Shown here: positions 38,900 to 48,958 of the stretch, one piece after another
Layout: every line of letters begins with the position of its first letter
Position numbering within the stretch: the stretch's first letter is position 1
NCBI GenBank assembly: GCA_963674945.2
Contig: CAXXWQ010000004.1
Span: 1,088,001-1,152,000, forward strand
From: an uncultured Desulfosarcina sp.
GTDB taxonomy: Bacteria > Desulfobacterota > Desulfobacteria > Desulfobacterales > Desulfosarcinaceae
Length of the DNA: 64,000 bases
Direction: 5' to 3'
Translations under genes and position numbers: made by a program
The notes under the pieces: generated by a model
What the model was told of the DNA's origin: nothing
Database searches by the model: none
The model's input: the letters and a program-made list of their open reading frames with translations, nothing else

Positions 38900-39712
38900 T
38901 CAAAAGTAGGAGACGGCATTCTCGAAGATACGAATTCCCTCCCCCGGTCCGTCGCCAAGTGGTGTGCCTTCTCGTTTGCCGCGTTCCATGCACCGGGTCC
39001 AATCCGGATGGTTGGTTACATGGTTGTAGGCCTCCGGGTGAGGCATCAGGCCGAAGATGCGACCGGTGGGATCGCAGATGCCTGCGATGTCCAGCAAGGC
39101 ACCGTTGGGATTCTCGGGAAAACGACCGTTTGCCAACTGCCCGTCGGATGTCGCATATTGCATCACGATCTGGTTGTTCTTTGTAAGATCTGCCAGAATC
39201 TGCTTTTCGGCAAAAAACTTCCCTTCCCCGTGGCGAACCGGCATATCCAGGGCATTCATTCCCCTCGTGAAAACACAAGGAGACGAAGGATTGATATGGG
39301 TGCGCACCCATTGATCCCGGAAATTACCGCAGTCATTGTAGGTCAGAGCCACGGAGCGCCGTGTATAGTCGCCGTCAATCCCGGGAAGCAGCCCCAGGTT
39401 CACCAGTGTCTGAAAACCGTTGCAGATGCCGATAACCAGTTTCTCGGCCGCCACGAATGCAAGCAGTTTGTCGCCGAGGTTCGTTTTCATTCGTACCGCC
39501 TGGACCACACCGGCCCCGTGATCATCCCCCCAACTGAATCCTCCGCCAAATGCCAGAATCTGAAAATCGTCCAGGTCGACATCACCCGCGATCAACGCGT
39601 TGATATGGGCCCGCACGGCCACGGCGCCGGCCATTTCAAATGCATAGGCCGTTTCATGATCGCAGTTGAGACCGAATCCCGTAAGCACCAGTGCCCTGGG
39701 TTGTATGCTCAT
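38900..39712 (-). CDS. purQ: FGAM synthase glutaminase subunit
   Basis: GGFSWGD, GICNGFQ, HGEG, NPNG, MPHPE. Confidence 0.95.
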   Translation of the reverse strand: MSIQPRALVLTGFGLNCDHETAYAFEMAGAVAVRAHINALIAGDVDLDDFQILAFGGGFSWGDDHGAGVVQAVRMKTNLGDKLLAFVAAEKLVIGICNGFQTLVNLGLLPGIDGDYTRRSVALTYNDCGNFRDQWVRTHINPSSPCVFTRGMNALDMPVRHGEGKFFAEKQILADLTKNNQIVMQYATSDGQLANGRFPENPNGALLDIAGICDPTGRIFGLMPHPEAYNHVTNHPDWTRCMERGKREGTPLGDGPGEGIRIFENAVSYF

Positions 39713-42700
39713 ATCAAATCCTCAAAAGGCCCTTTCCAGACCGCCTTCATCCGTTCAATTGTCATGGGAGCCAGATGCGAACCGTCCATGCCGGTAATCT
39801 CGAGTCGGGGACTTTCGGTGACCCTTCCCACGCATGCGGCGGGTTGGTCCGCGAACATGGCAGCGAAGGCATCGTTGTCTTTCGGCGCTACGGTCACGAT
39901 GAACCGGCCGGCGCTTTCGGAAAACAAGAGGGTATCATCCCGATCGATATTTTGGGCGGGCACCCCGGAAAGGTTCACGGTGAGTCCAAGGCCGCCGCCC
40001 ATGGCCACCATGGCCAGGTGAACACCCAATCCCCCTCGATACACACCGTGGCAGGAGGCTACCAGACCTTTTCGAATGGTGCTGGCCATGGTCTGGTAGC
40101 ATCGAAAAAAGGACTCGGGTTCGACCACGGGCACATTCAAACCCAAATGCCCCAGATGTTCGTAGTATTCGGATCCTCCCAGTTCGTCCTTCGTCGTACC
40201 GATGACCCACACCAGGTCGCCCGCCATCTTGGCATCCATGGTCACGCATCGGCGGACATCCTCCACGACGCCGGTCACCGAGAACTGCAGCGTCTCCAGG
40301 GCCGAAACCTTGTGGGTTTCCCCGTAACGGCCGGGCAGATGACCGTCCACGTACATGGAGTCCTTGCCGGACAAGAGAGGAATGCCGTAGGCCAGGCACA
40401 TGGCCGAAAGGGCCTTGCATGAACGCACCAACTGGGCGGCCTTGTGCTTGCCGTCGGGATTCTTTTTGGGATGGAATTGGATGTTGGGCCAACAAAAATT
40501 GTCCACGCCGCCCATGTGGTCCGGATCGCCGCCCACGGCGATGGCCCGACGCACCGCCTCGTCGATGGTGCATGTGGTCATGTGATAGGCGTCGATGGCC
40601 GAATACATGGGGATGAGCGCCTGGGAGAAGACCAGGCCCCGATCCGATGACAGCACTGGTCGGATCACGGCGGCATCGGTGGGTACGTCCCTGTCTATTC
40701 CAATCAGGGGCTTGATCACGCTGGTGCCCTGGACCTCGTGGTCGTACTGACGGCAGACCCACTCCTTGCTGCATAGATTCGGCCGCGCCAACAGATCCAG
40801 GATCACGTCCGAACAATCCTTCGGTCCTCCCAAAACCGGCTCGGTGAGCCCCCTTACGGCCGGTGCCCGCCAATCCGCTTCGAACACCCACTGGGGGAAG
40901 GCGGAGGTGAGCAGGTCCAGATCCACGTATGCGCAGGTATCACCGTTGTAAGTGATATGCAGTTTTCCCGTATCGGTGTAGGTACCGATGACCGTGCTCT
41001 CCACCTCATGGAGTCGGGAGAGTGCCATGAAGCGATCCAGATCCTTGGGGTCGATGGCCACCGTCATGCGCTCCTGGGACTCGCTGATCCAGATCTCCCA
41101 CTGGTCCAGACCGTCGTACTTCAGCGGCACCTTTTCCAACTGGATCTCGCATCCGTTGGAAAACCGGGCACTCTCGCCCACGGATGAGGAGAGTCCCCCG
41201 CCGCCGTTGTCGGTGATGAACCGGATCAATCCCTCGTCCCGGGCCTCCAAAAGAAAGTCGTGCATCTTTTTCTGGGTGTAGGGGTCACCGATCTGCACGT
41301 GGCCTGCCGGTGTGTTCTCGGAGTAGGTGGCGGAAGAGGCGGTCACCCCGTGGATGCCGTCCTTTCCCACCCGGCCGCCGCACATGATGGTCAGGTCACC
41401 GGGCAAGATGGTCTTCTGATCCGACGGTTTTCCCTTGACGGTAGCCGGCATGATCCCCAATGCGGTGACGAAGACCAGGCATTTTCCCAGATATCCGGGA
41501 TGAAACATCACCTGACCGAAGGGTGTGGGAATACCGCTCTTGTTCCCCCCGTCCCGTACCCCCTCGATGACGCCGTCCAGAAGTCGTTTGGGGTGGAGTT
41601 TGGGTGTCAGATCCCCGGCGTAGTCCCGGGGCCCCACACAGTAGCCGTAGCTGCCCATGATCAGTTTGGATCCCAGTCCCGTTCCCATGGGGTCACGGTA
41701 GATGCCCACGATGCCGGTGATGGCCCCGCCGTAAGCCTCCATGTTGGACGGCGAATTATGGGTCTCCCCGGTGATCACGTAGTGGTGATGGTCATCGAAT
41801 CGCCCCACGCCGGCGTTGTCCCACAATACGGAGACCACCCACGGTTTCTTCTCCTTCAGGGCCAGGGTGGGCTGCTGGATATAGGTCCGAAAAAGACTGT
41901 CGATGGTTTCGGGGGTACCGTCCTTAAGATCCCGCCCCAGTTCCCGCCCAAGCTCCCGATAGACGAATCGGCCGCCGAAGGTGTTGTGGTTGCAATGGTC
42001 GCTTCTCGCCTGGCTGATGTATTCCAGTTCCACGTCGGTGGGATCGGCCAGCCCCATCTGCCGACGTTGTCTCTGTACCTCGGGCTTTCGAAAATAGGAA
42101 CGAATGGTGGGGATATCATTGGGGTTTAAGGCCAGGGATCGCTCGTCGCTGAGAAGCGCCAGGGTCTCGTCACTATCGATGGAAAGGGTGGTCACTTCGG
42201 GTTGATGGTCCAGAATCACCTTGGGAATGACAAAGCCGATCCCGGTCACCGGATCCCACTGTTTTTTATCAAAGACCTTCCATTGCTGGATGATGTCGTT
42301 GGCCAATAATTCGCCGGCGATCTTCTCCACTGCCTGTCGGGAAATACCGTTTCCTTTCAGACAATACCGTTTGGAAGTATAAACGGCCTGACCCGGAGCA
42401 AATTTGATCCCCAACAGGTCACCGATCGCCTCGACGGCAGTGGCACCGGGATTGTCCCGAACGCCGGGCCTGAATCCCACCCAGATGATCCAGTCGAAAT
42501 CCACGGCGAGTGGAGAAAGGGAGGAAACCTGCGTAACCGGATTGGTGAAAATCTCATTCTGGACCCGCCGAACCTGATCGGATGTCAGGTCCGCATCGAT
42601 GGTGAGAATATGAACGGTACGAATCCGGTCCAGTTCAATGTGGAAATAGTTCTTGGCTTTGAGCAAAAGGGATTGCCCTTCCGCGTCCAACAACTGATCC

Positions 42701-42729
42701 GACAGGGTGATCTCGATTCGGTTTGCCAT
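39709..42729 (-). CDS. purL: FGAM synthase PurL with N-terminal PurS-like domains
   Basis: SDHCNH, ETHNSPS, DNGGGGLSS, SESQERM, QYDHEV, SGKDSM. Confidence 0.95.
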   Translation of the reverse strand: MANRIEITLSDQLLDAEGQSLLLKAKNYFHIELDRIRTVHILTIDADLTSDQVRRVQNEIFTNPVTQVSSLSPLAVDFDWIIWVGFRPGVRDNPGATAVEAIGDLLGIKFAPGQAVYTSKRYCLKGNGISRQAVEKIAGELLANDIIQQWKVFDKKQWDPVTGIGFVIPKVILDHQPEVTTLSIDSDETLALLSDERSLALNPNDIPTIRSYFRKPEVQRQRRQMGLADPTDVELEYISQARSDHCNHNTFGGRFVYRELGRELGRDLKDGTPETIDSLFRTYIQQPTLALKEKKPWVVSVLWDNAGVGRFDDHHHYVITGETHNSPSNMEAYGGAITGIVGIYRDPMGTGLGSKLIMGSYGYCVGPRDYAGDLTPKLHPKRLLDGVIEGVRDGGNKSGIPTPFGQVMFHPGYLGKCLVFVTALGIMPATVKGKPSDQKTILPGDLTIMCGGRVGKDGIHGVTASSATYSENTPAGHVQIGDPYTQKKMHDFLLEARDEGLIRFITDNGGGGLSSSVGESARFSNGCEIQLEKVPLKYDGLDQWEIWISESQERMTVAIDPKDLDRFMALSRLHEVESTVIGTYTDTGKLHITYNGDTCAYVDLDLLTSAFPQWVFEADWRAPAVRGLTEPVLGGPKDCSDVILDLLARPNLCSKEWVCRQYDHEVQGTSVIKPLIGIDRDVPTDAAVIRPVLSSDRGLVFSQALIPMYSAIDAYHMTTCTIDEAVRRAIAVGGDPDHMGGVDNFCWPNIQFHPKKNPDGKHKAAQLVRSCKALSAMCLAYGIPLLSGKDSMYVDGHLPGRYGETHKVSALETLQFSVTGVVEDVRRCVTMDAKMAGDLVWVIGTTKDELGGSEYYEHLGHLGLNVPVVEPESFFRCYQTMASTIRKGLVASCHGVYRGGLGVHLAMVAMGGGLGLTVNLSGVPAQNIDRDDTLLFSESAGRFIVTVAPKDNDAFAAMFADQPAACVGRVTESPRLEITGMDGSHLAPMTIERMKAVWKGPFEDLI

Positions 42730-42773
42730 GGCTTCTTTTATCATTGTGAATTCATAATTGGCGTTACAATCCG

Positions 42774-44138
42774 TCAGCTGGCGAATATTCTTGTAATATC
42801 ATTATAGAACACAAAAATCATCAGCATAATCAGGATAAAAATGCCTGCCTGCTGTGCAATTTCTCGCATGCGGGTATTGATCGGGCGCCGAATGACCGCC
42901 TCGATAATAAAAAACATGAGGTGGCCGCCATCCAGGACGGGAATGGGCAAGAAGTTGAGAACGGCCAGATTGATACTGAGCACCGCGATGAAAAAGATCA
43001 GGTTGGTCATCCCCGCCTTGGCTTGTTGTCCTGCCATCTCCGCGATCATGATGGGACCGCCCAGCGTTTTGGTGGAGACCGTTCCCTTGATCAGCTTACC
43101 GATACTGAGCACGGTCAGCTTGGCGATCTGATAGGTCTGCTCCACGCTTTCGGCCATGGCTGTAAAAAGGCCCCGCTTGATGATGATACGATCGGCCTTG
43201 GGAATTTCGATTCCCGGAGAGGAGATCCCGATGCGGTAGCTGTCAACTTTCTCCCCCAGCACGTTCTCCTCACTGAAGAGGACCGGCATGAGCTGGACCG
43301 TCAGGGTCTCTTCGCCGCGCTTGATGCGGATCGATAACTGCTCCCCCTTGCTCTGGGAGATGATGCGTTTCATGGTGTTCCAGCTGTCCACAGGATGATC
43401 GTTGATGGCGACGATCATGTCCCCCTTTTCGATGCCGGCCTTCTTGGCCGGGTAGCCGCTTGCCACTTCACCGACCATGGCCGGCAGCGGCGCAAGGCCG
43501 GAAAAGCCGGCATCATAATAGGGTACATCGTCTCCCAACAGATCTTTTGCCACCTTTGTCTGCGGGGTCACCGCAACGTCCAGCACCTCACCGCTTCTTC
43601 TCACCGCAACGTGGACTGTTTTCCCCTTTGCGTCGGCGATGAAACGGTTGATGTCCCCCCAGGCCTTCACCGGTTGACCATCGACGACAAGCACAAGGTC
43701 GCCGCTTCGGATGCCGACTTCGGCCGCCGGTCCACCGGGTGCCACATGATTGACGACCGGCCGAATGTCTTCGGTTCCGATGATCATAAAAAAAAATGTA
43801 TAGATCATCACGGCCAGGAGCAGGTTGAAGAAAGGACCGGCGGCGACGATTAAAAACCTTTTAAAAACATGCTTGTGGGTGAAGGAATAGGGGCGCAGGT
43901 CGTCGTCCACCTCGGCATCGGGCTCGTCGCCCACCATCTTGACATATCCACCCAAGGGAATGGCTGAAACACGGTAATCGGTGATTCCCACGGTCTTGCC
44001 GAAGAGACGCGGCCCGAATCCCAGGGAAAATTTTTCCACGCCGACGCCGAACAATCGGGCCACGAGAAAATGCCCCAGTTCATGAAAAAAGATGAGCACG
44101 CCGAGAACGATGACGAATGCGAAGATATTTGTTGTCAT
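42774..44138 (-). CDS. rseP: RIP metalloprotease with two PDZ domains
   Basis: HELGH, AGPFFN, NFLPIPVLDGG. Confidence 0.95.
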   Translation of the reverse strand: MTTNIFAFVIVLGVLIFFHELGHFLVARLFGVGVEKFSLGFGPRLFGKTVGITDYRVSAIPLGGYVKMVGDEPDAEVDDDLRPYSFTHKHVFKRFLIVAAGPFFNLLLAVMIYTFFFMIIGTEDIRPVVNHVAPGGPAAEVGIRSGDLVLVVDGQPVKAWGDINRFIADAKGKTVHVAVRRSGEVLDVAVTPQTKVAKDLLGDDVPYYDAGFSGLAPLPAMVGEVASGYPAKKAGIEKGDMIVAINDHPVDSWNTMKRIISQSKGEQLSIRIKRGEETLTVQLMPVLFSEENVLGEKVDSYRIGISSPGIEIPKADRIIIKRGLFTAMAESVEQTYQIAKLTVLSIGKLIKGTVSTKTLGGPIMIAEMAGQQAKAGMTNLIFFIAVLSINLAVLNFLPIPVLDGGHLMFFIIEAVIRRPINTRMREIAQQAGIFILIMLMIFVFYNDITRIFAS

Positions 44139-44148
44139 GGGTGAACCG

Positions 44149-45312
44149 TTACCACTCCTGTTTGCGGATTAGCGATTGGGCCGTCTCTCTGGCCCAGCGA
44201 TCGGCCTCCATGATCCCACCGAGATCACCACCGTTGGATGAAGCGTGTCGATGCAATGTCTGTTCGATGACGGGATGAATTCTGGTAAATGGCAGACGAT
44301 TGTCCAAAAACGCATCCACGGCCACTTCGTTGGCCGCGTTAAGAACGGCTGGATATGTCCCCCCTTGCTCCCCTGCGGCAAATGCCAGCTTCAGGCAGGG
44401 AAAGCGCGTCATGTCCGGTTCCTCGAAGGTCAGTTGGCCGATATGGGGAAAATCGGGAACGGGAACGTCCAAGGGGAGCCGGTGCGGGTGTGACAGGCCA
44501 TAGGCGATGGCCCCCTTCATGTCCGGCACTCCCATTTGGGCAATGACCGCACCATCGGCATAGGTGACCATGGAGTGAACGATGCTCTGGGGATGAACCA
44601 CCACCTTGATCCGATGAAAGTCCATGTCAAAAAGCCACCGTGCCTCAATCACCTCCAGCCCCTTGTTCATCAGGGTCGCAGAGTCGATGGTGATCTTATT
44701 CCCCATGGACCAGTTGGGGTGTTTGAGGGCGTCTTGGGGGACGATGGTATCGAATGTTTCCGCCGGACGGGTGAGAAAGGGACCTCCCGAAGCGGTAAGC
44801 AAAATATCCTTGATCTCGTTTTTCGCGTGCCCCGCCATGCTTTGGAAAATTGCGCTGTGTTCGCTGTCCACGGGCATGAGTTTCACACCACGACGTACGA
44901 CCTTCTCCATTACGATGCCGCCGGCCATGACCAGAGTCTCTTTGTTGGCCAGCGCGATGTCCTTGCCTGCATCGATGGCGGCAAGGGTGGGCACCAGGCC
45001 GGCCGCCCCCACCATGGCACCCAGCATCATGTCCGTATCGTCGAACGTGGCTGCCCGTACATACCCAGCCTCACCAAAGAGAATTTCCACGTCCGTTCCG
45101 GATGGAAGCAGTTCCCGCAGACGGTCGGCATGCGCTGCATCCACCACGGCCGCCACCTTTGGTCTGAATTCCAGGATCTGTCGGGCCAAGAGGTCCACTC
45201 GGGTCTTGGCCGTGAGGGCGCTGACCGAAAAACGATCGGGAAATTGCCGTACAATGGTCAGTGCGTTGGTTCCGATGGATCCGGTGGCGCCCAGGATGGA
45301 GATTGATTTCAT
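44149..45312 (-). CDS. dxr: 1-deoxy-D-xylulose-5-phosphate reductoisomerase
   Basis: LGATGSIG, LANKETLV, PVDSEHSA, NKGLEVIEA. Confidence 0.97.
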   Translation of the reverse strand: MKSISILGATGSIGTNALTIVRQFPDRFSVSALTAKTRVDLLARQILEFRPKVAAVVDAAHADRLRELLPSGTDVEILFGEAGYVRAATFDDTDMMLGAMVGAAGLVPTLAAIDAGKDIALANKETLVMAGGIVMEKVVRRGVKLMPVDSEHSAIFQSMAGHAKNEIKDILLTASGGPFLTRPAETFDTIVPQDALKHPNWSMGNKITIDSATLMNKGLEVIEARWLFDMDFHRIKVVVHPQSIVHSMVTYADGAVIAQMGVPDMKGAIAYGLSHPHRLPLDVPVPDFPHIGQLTFEEPDMTRFPCLKLAFAAGEQGGTYPAVLNAANEVAVDAFLDNRLPFTRIHPVIEQTLHRHASSNGGDLGGIMEADRWARETAQSLIRKQEW

Positions 45313-45349
45313 AGCGGCTGGCCCATTATGCTTCGGGGTTGCAATTTAG

Positions 45350-46156
45350 TCAGAATACACCGATTTTGAAAAGATAGGCAAGCGGTGCGGCAAACAGGAG
45401 TGCATCCAGCCGGTCGAGAAATCCCCCGTGACCGGGAAGCAGGGTCCCTGAATCCTTGATCCCCGCAGCCCGTTTGAACTCCGAGGCAAACAGATCGCCC
45501 ACCTGGCCGACCGCGCCCATGACCAGGGCGAAAATCGTACAGGCAAGCATGGAGAAGGTCGGAAACCACATCAATTTTAATGGCAGGGCGACGAGAACGT
45601 TGGCCACCAAGCCGCCGATGCTGCCCTCGACGGTTTTCTTGGGGCTGACCCAGGGACAGAGCTTTCGGCGACCCAGATGACGACCGCTATAAAACGCCCC
45701 CGTATCCCCCGCGGCGACGATACATAGTATCCAGAAAATCCAGTGAGAGCCGTTCTCATCGGCCCGGATAATCGTCAAGAATCCGAGAAACAAGGGGATG
45801 TAAACGAGCCCGAGGACCTGTTTGCCCACCAAATGCGGCGCGTTTTTATCATCCTTGAAAAGGGGCAGGGTCAATCCCGCCACCAGGACCAGATTTACGG
45901 AGATGAGAAGGGGCACGTGGGCAAGATGTCCCTTATAGACCATCCAGACGATCACCGGTGCGAGCACCAGTCCCAAAGCAGCAATCCACCGCACCATCTT
46001 TTGGTCTTGGGACGGAAATGCCGCCCGATAGTATTCGAAAAGCGTCACCACGCTGGCTGCGCCGATCAACAGGGCGAAGATCGTCTGGCCGGCGACGATC
46101 AGAAAATAGACGATGGGTACCGCGATAATTCCGGTGATCCAGCGTTTTAAATGCAT
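45350..46156 (-). CDS. cdsA: Phosphatidate cytidylyltransferase
   Basis: SPKKTVEG, KD.G.LLPGHGG.LDRLD. Confidence 0.95.
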   Translation of the reverse strand: MHLKRWITGIIAVPIVYFLIVAGQTIFALLIGAASVVTLFEYYRAAFPSQDQKMVRWIAALGLVLAPVIVWMVYKGHLAHVPLLISVNLVLVAGLTLPLFKDDKNAPHLVGKQVLGLVYIPLFLGFLTIIRADENGSHWIFWILCIVAAGDTGAFYSGRHLGRRKLCPWVSPKKTVEGSIGGLVANVLVALPLKLMWFPTFSMLACTIFALVMGAVGQVGDLFASEFKRAAGIKDSGTLLPGHGGFLDRLDALLFAAPLAYLFKIGVF

Positions 46157-46163
46157 GGAATTC

Positions 46164-46892
46164 CTAATTTGTCTTCAGCTTGCCGAAACGACGATCTCGC
46201 GACTGGAATTCCTCCAGAATCCGAAGGAATTCCGCTTCGCCGAAATCGGGCCAGAGGGTTGGTGTGAAAAACAGCTCCGCGTAAGCGATCTGCCATAAAA
46301 GAAAATTGCTGATGCGCATCTCACCACTGGTGCGGATCAGCAGGTCCACATCGGGCATTCCCCGTGTGTAGAGGTGTTGGGAAACCATCTCGGATGTCAC
46401 CGCGGCCGGATCGATCTCCCCCTTTCGGGCGGCATCGGCCAACTGCCGGACCATATGGACGATCTCGGCCCGGGACCCATAGCTCAAAGCGAGATTCAGG
46501 ACCATGTCCGAATTTTTCGCCGTATCCGACATGACCGAAGATAGGGCGCCGCGCACCGACTCGGGCAGTCGATCGAATTGTCCGATGGTGTTGAGCCGAA
46601 TCCCGTTCTCCATCATCTCCTCACGCTCCTGGTCCAGAAAACGCCGGAGCAACACCATGAGACCAGAGACCTCGTGTTTTGGTCGCTGCCAGTTTTCGGT
46701 GGAAAAGGCGAAGAGCGTCAATGTCGGGATATGGTGTTTTCGGGCGCAGCGCACGACACTTCGTACTGCTTCCGCCCCTTTTTCATGCCCGCTTAAGCGA
46801 TTCAGCAGGCGCTTTTGGGCCCAGCGGCCATTGCCATCCATGATGATGGCGACATGTTTGGGCATTCGTTGGGGGTCGAGTTCCATCCGCAT
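46164..46892 (-). CDS. uppS: Undecaprenyl diphosphate synthase
   Basis: IIMDGNGRWA, FSTENW.RP, RTSGE.RISNFLLWQ. Confidence 0.96.
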   Translation of the reverse strand: MRMELDPQRMPKHVAIIMDGNGRWAQKRLLNRLSGHEKGAEAVRSVVRCARKHHIPTLTLFAFSTENWQRPKHEVSGLMVLLRRFLDQEREEMMENGIRLNTIGQFDRLPESVRGALSSVMSDTAKNSDMVLNLALSYGSRAEIVHMVRQLADAARKGEIDPAAVTSEMVSQHLYTRGMPDVDLLIRTSGEMRISNFLLWQIAYAELFFTPTLWPDFGEAEFLRILEEFQSRDRRFGKLKTN

Positions 46893-46899
46893 GGATGAA

Positions 46900-47457
46900 C
46901 TAGAATTCAAGGATTTCCTTCTCTTTGTTTTGATAAATTTCGTCGATCTTGGCGATAAAGGTGTCGGTAATCTTCTGAACGCTGTCCTGGGCCTTGAAGG
47001 CATCGTCTTCGGCGATATCTCCGTCCTTTTTGAATCCCTTGAGCAGTTCGTTGGAATCCCGACGGATATTTCGTACGGAGACCTTGTGGTCCTCGCACAT
47101 CTTGCCGACCACCTTTACCAGTTCCTTGCGCCGTTCTTCGGTCAGGGGTGGAATGGAGATGCGGATCAGCTTGCCATCGCTGGAAGGCGTCAGGCCGAGA
47201 TCGGATTTTAGGATCGCTTTCTCGATATCCTTGATGGCGGAAACATCCCAGGGTTGAATCACGATCAAGCGGCTTTCGGGCACCGATAAAGAGGCCATCT
47301 GGTTAAGCGGTGTCTGTGTGCCGTAATAGTCTGCCCTAATACCGTCCAAAAGAGACAAGGACGCCCTTCCCGTCCGAACCCGCTTGAGTTCATTTTCCAG
47401 GTCGGCAATTGTTTTCCCCATCCGATCTTTCGTTTCTTCGAGAGTCTCTTCGATCAT
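46900..47457 (-). CDS. frr: Ribosome recycling factor
   Basis: [23 protein letters not shown]. Confidence 0.97.
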   Translation of the reverse strand: MIEETLEETKDRMGKTIADLENELKRVRTGRASLSLLDGIRADYYGTQTPLNQMASLSVPESRLIVIQPWDVSAIKDIEKAILKSDLGLTPSSDGKLIRISIPPLTEERRKELVKVVGKMCEDHKVSVRNIRRDSNELLKGFKKDGDIAEDDAFKAQDSVQKITDTFIAKIDEIYQNKEKEILEF

Positions 47458-47493
47458 GACTTAGGTTACCTCACTGGTATGACAAATATATTT

Positions 47494-47636
47494 GGTGTTC
47501 GTCCAGAAATAGGAAAATTTGGTCGAGATCAAGGCGCACGAAAAATTTTACCGGAGGTATATGGTTGATATTCCGAGGATATAATTTTTCGCGCAACGCC
47601 GATATCGGGCAAATTGGCCATTTCTGGATGGGCACT
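47494..47636. repeat. Family-1 hairpin element, copy C (between pyrH and frr)
   Basis: GGTGTTCGTCCAGAAATAGG ... GGCCATTTCTGGATGGGCACT. Confidence 0.9.
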
Positions 47637-47637
47637 G

Positions 47638-48351
47638 TTATCCGCCAATCGTTGTTCCCACAACCTCGCCGCAGACGACCTTCTTGATATTTCCCTTTTG
47701 TTTCAGGTTAAAGACAATTAACGGTAGTTCATTGTCCATGGCCAGGGAAATTGCCGTCATATCCATGACCTTCAACTGACGCTCGAGTACCTCCATGTAA
47801 CTGATGGTTTCGATAAACCGTGCTCCGGCGTTTTTTTCCGGATCGGAATCGTAGAGACCATCCACCTTGGTGGCCTTGAGCAGAATCTGTGCATGAATCT
47901 CCTTGGCCCGGAGCACCGCCGCCGTATCGGTCGTAAAGTAGGGATTTCCGGAACCGGCGGCAAAAATGACCACGCGGCCCTTTTCCAGATGTCGCAGTGC
48001 CCGGCGCAAAATGTACGGTTCGGCCACCTCGTGCATGGAGATGGCCGTTTGCACACGTGTCTGAATCCCCTTCTTCTCCAAAGCATCCTGAAGGGCCAGG
48101 CTGTTGAGCACCGTCGCCAACATTCCCATGTGATCGGCGGATGTCCGCTCCATCCCGAAGGAACTGGCCGCCACACCGCGAAAGATATTGCCACCACCGA
48201 CGACGATGGCCAATTGCACATTGAGTTTGACGATGGAGTCGACCTCTTCGGCGACATAGGCCAACATATTGGGACAGATGCCGAATCCCTGATCGCCCAT
48301 GAGTGCTTCGCCGCTAAGCTTGAGCAGTATTCGCTCGAATTTGACGTCCAC
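47638..48351 (-). CDS. pyrH: Uridylate kinase
   Basis: [23 protein letters not shown]. Confidence 0.97.
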   Translation of the reverse strand: MDVKFERILLKLSGEALMGDQGFGICPNMLAYVAEEVDSIVKLNVQLAIVVGGGNIFRGVAASSFGMERTSADHMGMLATVLNSLALQDALEKKGIQTRVQTAISMHEVAEPYILRRALRHLEKGRVVIFAAGSGNPYFTTDTAAVLRAKEIHAQILLKATKVDGLYDSDPEKNAGARFIETISYMEVLERQLKVMDMTAISLAMDNELPLIVFNLKQKGNIKKVVCGEVVGTTIGG

Positions 48352-48353
48352 CC

Positions 48354-48953
48354 TTATTCCGCTCCGATCTGAAATCTGGCGAACCGTTTGATGGTAATCT
48401 TTTCTCCGGTCTTTGCAATAACCTCGTTGAGATAGTCGGCGATGGTCTTGTCCGGCTCCTTGACATACTGCTGATTCATCAGACAGTTCTCCTTGAAGAA
48501 CTTGTTGAGCTTGCCCTCGGCGATTTTATCCACCATCTTTTCGGGCTTGCCCATCTCCAAAACCTGGGCCTTGTATATCTCACGCTCTCTTTCGAGTACA
48601 TCCGCAGGCACATCTTCCGGTACGATGCCCACCGGACTGGTGGCCGCGATGTGCATGGCGATGTTTCTGGCAAATTCGTTGAAGTCGTCCGTCTTGGCCA
48701 CGAAATCGGTCTCACAATTGACCTCTACCAAGACCCCGATTTTGCCGCCCATGTGAATGTACGATTGAACGGTGCCTTCGCTGGTGGCCCGACCGGCACG
48801 CTTGGCCGCGGTGGCGATCCCTTTCTTCCGCAGAAAGTCGACGGCTTTTTCCAGGTCGCCGTCGCACTCCACAAGGGCTTTTTTACAATCCATCATGCCG
48901 GCTCCGGATTTTTCCCGGAGTTCCTTGACCATTTTTGCGCTGATATCTGCCAT
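48354..48953 (-). CDS. tsf: Elongation factor Ts (short form)
   Basis: [19 protein letters not shown]. Confidence 0.98.
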   Translation of the reverse strand: MADISAKMVKELREKSGAGMMDCKKALVECDGDLEKAVDFLRKKGIATAAKRAGRATSEGTVQSYIHMGGKIGVLVEVNCETDFVAKTDDFNEFARNIAMHIAATSPVGIVPEDVPADVLEREREIYKAQVLEMGKPEKMVDKIAEGKLNKFFKENCLMNQQYVKEPDKTIADYLNEVIAKTGEKITIKRFARFQIGAE

Positions 48954-48958
48954 GTGAA

